A DNA stretch of 64,000 nucleotides from an uncultured bacterium. GTDB lineage: Bacteria; Patescibacteriota; Minisyncoccia; UBA6257; 2-01-FULL-56-20. Shown here one piece after another: positions 56,759-64,000 of this stretch. Under the pieces are notes generated by a model. That model did not search any database, was not told where the DNA came from, and was given only the letters and a program-made list of their open reading frames with translations. A program made the position numbers and the translations under genes. Within the stretch, counting starts at the first letter, position 1; every line of letters starts with the position of its first letter. The stretch lies in assembly GCA_963719425.1 (NCBI GenBank), contig OY970382.1, positions 321,246 through 385,245 of the forward strand. The letters run 5' to 3'.

Positions 56759-57616
56759 ATGAAATACATTTTCTTCGGAACGCCGCGCTTTGCGGAAATC
56801 ATTCTTGAGCACCTCCTCCGCGCGGACATGCCGCCCATGGCCCTTGCATGCAACCCTGACCGGCCGACCGGACGGAAAAAGATTGTCACTTCCCCGCCGA
56901 CAAAGCGGCTTGTGCTCTCGCGCGGCGCGGAAGCTCCCCGCATCAAAATTTTCCAGCCCGAAAGCCTGGATGAATATTTTATCGGGGAACTCACGGCGTT
57001 GGGCACAGACGTTTTTGTAGTCGCCGCATATGCGAAGATCATTCCAAAATCTGTGCTTGACATTCCCCGTCTTGGCACGATCGGTATCCATCCCTCGCTC
57101 CTGCCCAAATATCGCGGCGCCACCCCTATCCAGTCGGTCATTTTGAACGGCGAGCGCGAAACCGGCGTCACAATTTACCAAATGGACGAGAAGATGGACC
57201 GCGGGCCAGTTCTTGCAAGCTCAAAGACACCTATAGATAGTTTGAAAATAAACTATCCGAAACTTGAGGAGCAATTGGCGCAGCGTTCTGCGGAACTTCT
57301 TATGAAAACGCTGCCCGATCTTATGGCGGGAAAATTGAAACCGCGCACGCAGGATGAAGCGCAGGCAACCTATACCAAAAAATTCACGACTAAAGATAGT
57401 TTCATTGCCCCCGAAGACCTAACCGCCGCCGAGCGCGGCGATGCGGAGAAAGGCGAAGCTATTGTCCGGCGAATTAACGCCTTCACGTCGGAGCCGGGTG
57501 CATGGACCATGCAAAACGGTACGCGCGTCAAACTCTTGAAAGCGGAAATCAGGGGCGGATCGCTGCGACCGCTTATTATTCAGCGCGAGGGAGAAAAACC
57601 GGTCGCGGTCCAATGA
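56759..57616 (+). CDS. fmt: Methionyl-tRNA formyltransferase (short form)
   Basis: IFFGTPRFA N-terminus, formyltransferase core (HPSLLPKYRGATPIQ), truncated C-terminal domain; def-fmt gene pair. Confidence 0.85.
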   Translation: MKYIFFGTPRFAEIILEHLLRADMPPMALACNPDRPTGRKKIVTSPPTKRLVLSRGAEAPRIKIFQPESLDEYFIGELTALGTDVFVVAAYAKIIPKSVLDIPRLGTIGIHPSLLPKYRGATPIQSVILNGERETGVTIYQMDEKMDRGPVLASSKTPIDSLKINYPKLEEQLAQRSAELLMKTLPDLMAGKLKPRTQDEAQATYTKKFTTKDSFIAPEDLTAAERGDAEKGEAIVRRINAFTSEPGAWTMQNGTRVKLLKAEIRGGSLRPLIIQREGEKPVAVQ

Positions 57617-57674
57617 TGGCTCGGCATGCTTCCGCACGTCCAGCCCAAGGATCGGCATCTGCGCGATTGTTTCC

Positions 57675-59126
57675 TCATTTGTCGCCGGTCAGTTTTTTGA
57701 TCTTTTCAATCTTTGTTTCGGTCTCTTCCTTGAGGCGTTCCGCCTCTTTTTCGATAGATCCTTTCTCTCTTTCAAGGATTGAAGGTCGAAGGTCAATGTT
57801 CAACGCGTTTTCTTTCTTTTTTTTCTCCTCGCTTTCCATTTTGCCAATCTCCTCGTGAAGCTCTTTTGCAAACTCACGCAGTTCACGTTTCGTTTTCCGC
57901 TTCCAGACAAGAAAGCGCCAGGAAAGAAGATAATAAATGAGGATAAAAGCGGCGACAATGAGCGCAAGAACAATGATGGAGAACGAGAAGAAGCGCATCA
58001 CTTGGTACCACCATTCTTGCCAGCTGTTCGGCGCAACGACGCGGAAGGTAGTGTCTTCTTCCCGCACATTGCCGGCATTGTCGATTGCGCGGACCGCGAG
58101 CGATCGCTCGCTCGGCGTGGACTGCGGGATAACATAGGATGATCCCTGCCGCAGGGTTTCGGGATCAAACCAGTCACCGTCCCCTATTTTTACTTCGTAG
58201 TGAGAGAGTCCGGATAAGGCGTCGGTGGTTGCCCAGGTGAACGTCAGTTCCGTATCGGCCGGATCGCTATCCGTGCGCGTTATCGTGAACGGTTCCGGCG
58301 GCGTCCGGTCAAGGCGGAGTGTCTTCGTCACAACCGGCGACCAGACGCCGTTCTCTTCCGCGGAAATCAGGAAGTACCAGATACCGTCGCTCAGGGAGGA
58401 AAGGTCGTAGGATACATTCGTTTTCTGGCTTGCAACGGCCGTTACGGGAGGCGTCATGTTCGAACTGCTCGCAAGAACATACCAAACGCCATCCGCGCCG
58501 ATCGGCATGTTCCAGTTAAATTGGATGCTATTCAGAGAGTACCAGGTATCATCTTCGGTTGAAGGAGCGGACGTGACCACGATACCAGAAATCTGAGCGG
58601 CGGCGGGTGATGGTGTCACCGCCGAGGCAGGACCAATCGTGAACGAAGCGCCCGACATTGACGTGAGGATATTCGTGCCCTTACCGTCGTTTGCAAGGAC
58701 CGATCCCGATGAAAAAGAGACCGGCGCAACTCCTTGGGCCATGGCCTGAAACGTGATCCTCAGGACGTCGCCTGCCGCACCCGAAAATCCCGGGCTCAAG
58801 ACGACGCCCTGGAGCAGAACGTCTCCGGTACCTTGAGCGTTCGAGAACGACGGACTCTGAACCCAGAGATTGATGACCGAGTTCGTTTGCGAGACCGAAA
58901 GCGCGCGCAACTTGTCCGAAGGGAAAGAAATGTCGGCCGATACCGCGTTCATCGCCTGGTCAGCCGAGGATACTTCGAGGGCCACCGTGAACGTCTGTCC
59001 GACAGCAAGCGTTTTTGTTCCCGGCGAAAGATACAATGAGGCGGCGAGAACGCGGGGGATGAAAAATCCGAATGCAAGCGCGATGCCGCCGGCGAGCATA
59101 CTACGGCGCAGGGTCCCGGATAACAT
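57675..59126 (-). CDS. Surface protein with cohesin-like domain, C-terminal TM anchor and charged coiled-coil tail
   Basis: Signal peptide; LSPGTKTLAVGQTFTVALEV...VSADISFPSDKLRAL resembles cohesin modules; TM FFSFSIIVLALIVAAFILIYYLL then K/E-rich tail. Confidence 0.45.
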   Translation of the reverse strand: MLSGTLRRSMLAGGIALAFGFFIPRVLAASLYLSPGTKTLAVGQTFTVALEVSSADQAMNAVSADISFPSDKLRALSVSQTNSVINLWVQSPSFSNAQGTGDVLLQGVVLSPGFSGAAGDVLRITFQAMAQGVAPVSFSSGSVLANDGKGTNILTSMSGASFTIGPASAVTPSPAAAQISGIVVTSAPSTEDDTWYSLNSIQFNWNMPIGADGVWYVLASSSNMTPPVTAVASQKTNVSYDLSSLSDGIWYFLISAEENGVWSPVVTKTLRLDRTPPEPFTITRTDSDPADTELTFTWATTDALSGLSHYEVKIGDGDWFDPETLRQGSSYVIPQSTPSERSLAVRAIDNAGNVREEDTTFRVVAPNSWQEWWYQVMRFFSFSIIVLALIVAAFILIYYLLSWRFLVWKRKTKRELREFAKELHEEIGKMESEEKKKKENALNIDLRPSILEREKGSIEKEAERLKEETETKIEKIKKLTGDK

Positions 59127-59133
59127 CTTTCTA

Positions 59134-60105
59134 TTATACCCCTGATGATTTTTTTCTATGCCGCAGGAATCGGATAAGCCAGAACACGCCTGTCAAAAGC
59201 GCAGCGCATACGATAATTGCCGCTATCTTATACCACGGCGGTGGCGCTACGAATCGCGTGGCGACAACGCCATAGGGATGTCGCGCGGACAACTCCACCA
59301 CGAGGAAGCTACCCGCATGATTAACCGCTCGGACATAGACATTGCTTGATAAGCTCTGATCTTGCAACAGGTACGGCGATGTGGCGACCTGCCATGAGGG
59401 AGTAATATGTGACGAGGGATTCGTAGGCACCTCCAAGACCTCATAGTGATCAATGCCGCTCCCTTTGTCGACGGTAGAAAATACAAGGAAGAAATCCCCG
59501 TCGAAGAGATTCGGATCGCTCGTGACCACCGGCGTGAATAGTTCGGGGGTGATCGCCGAGTAATTTTCCGCGGTGGAGGATCCTGTATAGGTTGCAGACC
59601 CTGCCGCAATATCCTCCGATGCCAGCGTGACGGGAAGCGCGGAGCCCTGACCATTATTTCGGAGGACCGTAGCCGTTGCGATCTCTATGGTCCCGCTACC
59701 GCTCGCAAGCGGCGTAAGGACGAACGAGATAAGAGATCCCGATGATCCGACGTACCCTCCAGAAATGATGCCCGCGAAATTGATTTCTCCCGACGTTGAC
59801 GCGATCGGAGGAGTAATCCAAAAATTGATTATGGACGCGCCATCGTTTATCGCAGTCACCCGGAAGCGGTCGGCCGGAAAGAGGATTTCTGATTGGACCG
59901 TGTTCACGCTCTCCCCTTGCGTATCAAGTGTGACCTCCACGCGTATCGGTTCACCGATCGATGCGACATTTTTATCGGCAACGATATGTAACGTTGCGGC
60001 ATGAATGACGCACGGCACGGCAACCGCGAGCAACGAAACAACCAATGCACATGTGAAGAATAATAGGATTTTTTTCTTTGTGGTCATCGCTATCATGTTC
60101 GTCAT
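59134..60105 (-). CDS. Surface protein with cohesin-like domain and C-terminal TM anchor (paralog of 57675)
   Basis: LHIVADKNVASIGEPIRVEVTLD...VQSEILFPADRFRVT parallels the upstream protein; C-terminal TM IAAIIVCAALLTGVFWLI. Confidence 0.45.
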   Translation of the reverse strand: MTNMIAMTTKKKILLFFTCALVVSLLAVAVPCVIHAATLHIVADKNVASIGEPIRVEVTLDTQGESVNTVQSEILFPADRFRVTAINDGASIINFWITPPIASTSGEINFAGIISGGYVGSSGSLISFVLTPLASGSGTIEIATATVLRNNGQGSALPVTLASEDIAAGSATYTGSSTAENYSAITPELFTPVVTSDPNLFDGDFFLVFSTVDKGSGIDHYEVLEVPTNPSSHITPSWQVATSPYLLQDQSLSSNVYVRAVNHAGSFLVVELSARHPYGVVATRFVAPPPWYKIAAIIVCAALLTGVFWLIRFLRHRKKSSGV

Positions 60106-60114
60106 AAAAATAAG

Positions 60115-61818
60115 CTACCCTGTCCAATAATATGCCATAATACTGAAATCTCGGAGGTCAATTGTATCCGCGCCGTCAAGACGATATGCCGCCGGAGGAT
60201 TCGGATGGCCATACCAATAGGCCAATATGGAAAAATCTATGAGGTTGACTCTGCCGTCCCCGTTCAAATCTCCTTCGGCTTCAGTCGGAGCTGTTGATTC
60301 CGCTTGGGCAAGCACCGTATGATCCCCGACGGTGAAACCACGGGAAACGCTGTAATCGGATATCTGATCCCCCTGGGCCGCTTCCGATTTTGCCGCGTGG
60401 GAACCATAGTCAAGCGAGGCGCTGTTGAAATCATAAAGATAGGCGCCACTCTTATCCGAGGTCGCATTCAAAAAGTAAGGTTCGGCGGAATCCACCTGGA
60501 TCGTGATGGCGGCGTTCGGAATCGACGCTCCAAAAATGGTGATCGTGTCGCCCTTGCGGACCATCTCTTTATCAACGTCGATCGTCGGCGAAAGAAATAC
60601 GCCGCTGATCTCGGTCGTCGCTCCTACCGTGATGGAAATGGGGAATGTAAAGAGGGTGGATCGTCGGCCGGCATCATCCTCGCCATACACGGAAAAGATA
60701 TAGTTGCCGCCGGAAAGATTATTGACAATCGCCGTAAAGATGCCATCGGGCCCCGCGACCGTCTTGATGGCGATTTGACCATCCTTCAAGATCACCACCT
60801 CACTTAAGGGATATGCGGAGCCCGCGATGGTAACGTTCGTATTGCTGGTCGGCGGAAAATATAATCCCGCTCCGCCTCCCCCGCCGACCGGACCACTCGG
60901 CGCTGGCGCTGGAATCGCAGTTTGGACATAAATCACATAAGTAGTGAAGTGCTTGGTCCAGACAATGAGGTCCGTGCCGTTGTCAAATTTGCAGTCCCCG
61001 CCAGCCGGCAGGGCGTCGCCTACGGTTTGGGTATCCGTGGAACAGACAGCAGTTACCTCTGTAAATGCGCCTCCCCGCGACCAACCGACGAGTTTGCCGG
61101 TTTGTCCCGCGAACAGAAGCCGCGCGGCTGAATCGAACGTGAGCGGCGTGTTGCCCGCGCCGATCGCGATGGCGACTATGGCCGAAGCGGTGTAGCCGGG
61201 GTAAGACGTTGGGGCCGTAAAAGTAGTGGTGGCTTCGGGAAGCATGAGCGTACCGTCCCACGACGGAGGGCCGGTTATCGCTGTCCCTGCCGGGATGTTA
61301 ACTGCGACATCAATTCCGCTGGAGATTGTGGACGCTGCTGTTGCATTGGTGGTGGTCGCCGAAACGGAGCCGTCGGGATTGGTCGTTGTTGCTAGAACGA
61401 GAAAATTAACGGGCGTAGATGGCGCGGCGTAGGCAGTGGTCACGCTCGCCTCATCGCTATAGGGAGAATAGTTGGATCCGGCAAAAGCCCTCACGCGATA
61501 AAAATAAGTGGTTGCGGGAGTTACGGAGTTATCCGTATAGGTCGCTATGTCGGTCGCTGTTATGCCGATTTGCGCATAGGTCCCCCCCGCTCCCGTTTTG
61601 CGTTCAACGCTAAATCCATCCTCATTGTTAGAGTTATTAGTCCACGTAAGCACCACTTGGGTTGGGGCGGTTGAAACGGCGGTGAGATCAGAAGGTGCGT
61701 TGGGTACCACTACTATCACGACGGACACCGAGGTTGGGAGCGCAGCCGCAGATGCGGGTAGGATTATGAAGCATACGCCGACGATCGCAAGGACATAATA
61801 GAGATGACGAATATGCAT
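60115..61818 (-). CDS. Secreted FN3/Ig-like repeat protein with C-terminal dockerin-like repeats
   Basis: FN3 region (VVLTWTNNSNNEDGFSVERK...YFYRVRAF); C-terminal GDLNGDGRVNLIDFSILAYWYG ... DGADTIDLRDFSIMAYYWTG are two Ca-binding dockerin type-I-like repeats. Confidence 0.55.
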   Translation of the reverse strand: MHIRHLYYVLAIVGVCFIILPASAAALPTSVSVVIVVVPNAPSDLTAVSTAPTQVVLTWTNNSNNEDGFSVERKTGAGGTYAQIGITATDIATYTDNSVTPATTYFYRVRAFAGSNYSPYSDEASVTTAYAAPSTPVNFLVLATTTNPDGSVSATTTNATAASTISSGIDVAVNIPAGTAITGPPSWDGTLMLPEATTTFTAPTSYPGYTASAIVAIAIGAGNTPLTFDSAARLLFAGQTGKLVGWSRGGAFTEVTAVCSTDTQTVGDALPAGGDCKFDNGTDLIVWTKHFTTYVIYVQTAIPAPAPSGPVGGGGGAGLYFPPTSNTNVTIAGSAYPLSEVVILKDGQIAIKTVAGPDGIFTAIVNNLSGGNYIFSVYGEDDAGRRSTLFTFPISITVGATTEISGVFLSPTIDVDKEMVRKGDTITIFGASIPNAAITIQVDSAEPYFLNATSDKSGAYLYDFNSASLDYGSHAAKSEAAQGDQISDYSVSRGFTVGDHTVLAQAESTAPTEAEGDLNGDGRVNLIDFSILAYWYGHPNPPAAYRLDGADTIDLRDFSIMAYYWTG

Positions 61819-61855
61819 AGTCGCGGCGCGGCGTCACGATCACGACGTTATGACA

Positions 61856-62788
61856 TTATTCAACCACCGCTCTTTTTTTACGGAGCCGGAATGTCCACAA
61901 CCGACGTCCGATAAACAGAAGCGCAATGAGGCCGATGAGGTAGTAGTACCAGTAGGTTTTTAAAGAAGAGAGGAACAATCCAGTAGGCGAGAGCGATCCC
62001 GCAGGGAGGACATGGAGCACGGTTTTCTGGCTGGCAACCACCTGGTTATCTTTATAAAAATTCACCACTGCCCAGTAATCGCCTATTCCCAAATGAAAGC
62101 TGGTAGGGAATTCAATGACGTAATTGCTCGTCACGAACGGCGGTGTTGCCGGAAATCCGCTTTGCTTTTCCGCAAACGCAAGGCGAACCACATCATACTC
62201 GTCGTAAAGATCAAACGTCGCAGCGTCAAATGACTCGGGTATATTGCCATCATTCTCAAAACGCACCGCCACCTTCGGATTCCATCCTTCCTCAATATCC
62301 GGAAACGTGATCAGAGGGACGGAATATTTTTCATAAATACCGTTACCAACCGTAAGGCTGAGGGATACGTTCACCCCCAGGGCTATCGTCACCTGCCCCG
62401 CTTTTCCCGGAACGCTTTGGAAACTCACGTTCCCCGTATACTTTCCGAGCGGTTCCCCCTTTGGCACCGTAATAGTGACCTGTACCGGGAACTGGCGCGT
62501 GCCCTGCGGTATGATAAAATCGTTTCCCGTGTCAAAACTTATCCACGGCTTGATGTGATCGGGCACGCTTAAAGCCGCTCTGATCTCAAGATCTTGATTG
62601 GGCTGGTCTTGCACGAGGTAGATCGTCTGCTCATATGTGACGCCGGGCACGAGATGGTCAGCGTTGATGAAAGGAGGCGAAATGCCGAACGCCGCAAGGC
62701 TCCTCTCCGTGCTTCCCAATAGCAACACCACGGCAAATGCGAAGGCGACAAAAAACAGAAGGCCCAACTTTCGGAAGGAATGCTTCAT
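61856..62788 (-). CDS. Secreted protein with N-terminal signal and C-terminal TM anchor
   Basis: Start chosen at MKHSFRKLGLLFFVAFAFAVVLLLG; beta-rich body; C-terminal TM YYYLIGLIALLFIG then basic tail. Confidence 0.5.
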   Translation of the reverse strand: MKHSFRKLGLLFFVAFAFAVVLLLGSTERSLAAFGISPPFINADHLVPGVTYEQTIYLVQDQPNQDLEIRAALSVPDHIKPWISFDTGNDFIIPQGTRQFPVQVTITVPKGEPLGKYTGNVSFQSVPGKAGQVTIALGVNVSLSLTVGNGIYEKYSVPLITFPDIEEGWNPKVAVRFENDGNIPESFDAATFDLYDEYDVVRLAFAEKQSGFPATPPFVTSNYVIEFPTSFHLGIGDYWAVVNFYKDNQVVASQKTVLHVLPAGSLSPTGLFLSSLKTYWYYYLIGLIALLFIGRRLWTFRLRKKRAVVE

Positions 62789-62873
62789 ACCGTTATGGGT
62801 ATATTGTAGCATATTCATCCCCTGCGCGCACAAAAGACGTTTGGAACGGTCGCGCAGAAAAAATCGAAAGGTC

Positions 62874-63827
62874 CTAGTTTACCGATTGGCCCGTGAAAAG
62901 ATTGGTGCCGTTGTACGTTCCCGTCGGCGTTCCGTTAGGAACCTGCAACAGCCAAAATACGTTAGTTGAAACCGTAGTGGTGCTTATGGGAGCGGCGACT
63001 GACAGGCCACTCAATGTAACCGCCGTGCTGCTCAAGGCGTAGCCCGTGCCGTAGGAAAAGCCCGATGACGTTGCGTATTGCTGGGAACTCGTCGCGAGCG
63101 TGGTCGTCGGATTGCCACCCGTGAGGGATGCCGTAGCCGAAAATTGGAACGTCGTTGAAGTATTGCCGACATCTGAAATCGTCGTGGTTACGGAAGGACT
63201 GTTAATTCCGGCGGGCGCGAGCGTTCCATAGCCTATCGCGCTTGGCGTTGAGCTAATTGCCTCCAAACTGTTCAATGCGGTTGTTGCAGAAGAGGTGCTC
63301 ACGCTGATCTTCGCGGGATTCGTCAATGTTATCGCTCCCCGCCAACCCTGCCCATAGTAGGTATAGGAAGCATTGTCAGTTGGCGTGGCGAAATAATACA
63401 TCGGGAATGTTACCGTGGCGTTAGCAGTATAGCCAGCGGCGGGGCAGGTTGACGTTGAAAACGTGCTGGTCGCATAGCAAATGAGGGGGTTCGGCGTGCT
63501 ACTCGCGAGACACGTCGAGGTTGCAATATCGCCGCGCAACAATGCTATGGTCTCGGTGCTGTTACTAAAATCCGCGCAGCCGTTATAATCCGTCACTGTG
63601 AGGGCGACGGAGATCGGCGTTGTCGTATTGGCGTTAAGGCTGATAGCCGTACCTGAATTCGGGCCCGAGACAAAGGAAACGATAGGCGCCGTGCTCGTCA
63701 CGGTCGCACTGCTCGTAACATTGGTCGTCGTCGCGGTACCGAAAACGGTCTGGGCGGCCAACAAAAAGGCTACGGTAGCAAGCGCAGTAACAGCCACAAT
63801 CTGCGCAAGTTTCCTATCCGGTTTCAT
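62874..63827 (-). CDS. Thr/Ser-rich secreted surface protein
   Basis: Signal peptide MKPDRKLAQIVAVTALATVAFLLAAQTVFG; T/S-rich low-complexity body ending ...NGTPTGTYNGTNLFTGQSVN. Confidence 0.5.
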   Translation of the reverse strand: MKPDRKLAQIVAVTALATVAFLLAAQTVFGTATTTNVTSSATVTSTAPIVSFVSGPNSGTAISLNANTTTPISVALTVTDYNGCADFSNSTETIALLRGDIATSTCLASSTPNPLICYATSTFSTSTCPAAGYTANATVTFPMYYFATPTDNASYTYYGQGWRGAITLTNPAKISVSTSSATTALNSLEAISSTPSAIGYGTLAPAGINSPSVTTTISDVGNTSTTFQFSATASLTGGNPTTTLATSSQQYATSSGFSYGTGYALSSTAVTLSGLSVAAPISTTTVSTNVFWLLQVPNGTPTGTYNGTNLFTGQSVN

Positions 63828-63896
63828 ATGCTTTCATTGTAGCAAACAGAATGTTTCTTACCTGTGGATAACTAAACCAGCGTTGCGAGAGGGGTC

Positions 63897-64000
63897 CTAG
63901 GGCGAATAGAGGGCGGAAAAGGTAGTTGTGCCATTGTAGGCGCCAGTAGGACTGCCGCTCGCGATTTGCAGTCCCCAGAAAACATTGCCTTGCACTGATG
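63897..64000 (-). CDS. C-terminal fragment of another Thr/Ser-rich surface protein (paralog of 62874; runs off the window)
   Basis: Reverse translation ends ...QGNVFWGLQIASGSPTGAYNGTTTFSALYSP*, parallel to the C-terminus of the 62874 protein. Confidence 0.4.
   Translation of the reverse strand, partial: SVQGNVFWGLQIASGSPTGAYNGTTTFSALYSP

Noticed and set aside
1-64000. CRISPR arrays, rRNA genes, transposase or integrase genes
   Set aside because: No regularly spaced direct repeats, no rRNA-like conserved stretches, and no ORF with recognisable transposase, integrase or recombinase motifs were seen on either strand.

Overview
This is a GC-rich, gene-dense bacterial fragment with no rRNA genes and no CRISPR array. 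The first ~26 kb is transcribed entirely on the + strand. Small proteins, a ComEC split into two ORFs, a sigma-70 region-4/HARE-HTH protein and generally reduced metabolism suggest a Candidate Phyla Radiation (Parcubacteria-like) organism; that is inference only. Housekeeping content includes tsf, tRNA-Tyr, secDF, trmD, guaA, ppsA, an Fe-S assembly/redox block (cysteine desulfurase, IscU-like, Nfu, ferredoxin, FAD reductase) and a fermentative module (ADP-forming acetyl-CoA synthetase, 2-oxoacid:ferredoxin oxidoreductase, a minimal [FeFe]-hydrogenase H-cluster-like protein, enolase). It also carries part of a dcw cluster (ftsW, murG, murC), gltX, M23 peptidases, typA, rpmA, rplI, ctpA, thpR, def and fmt. 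The most striking feature is a family of four paralogous ~600-aa cysteine-rich Zn-ribbon-repeat proteins of unrecognised function. Three sit in a translationally coupled tandem array after trmD. The fourth is inserted between murG and gltX next to a ~174-bp palindrome. Other notable items are a candidate structured ncRNA (possibly RNase P RNA) antisense next to tRNA-Tyr, a tRNA-like element plus a candidate small RNA gene beside a low-GC membrane Mrr-like nuclease gene, and an apparent frameshift or overlap between the IscU-like and Nfu ORFs. There is also a low-GC DUF3800 gene convergent with a PD-(D/E)xK nuclease gene, and a cohesin/dockerin-like surface-protein cluster at the 3' end. All calls rest on reading the sequence and the ORF track by eye; no searches were run.
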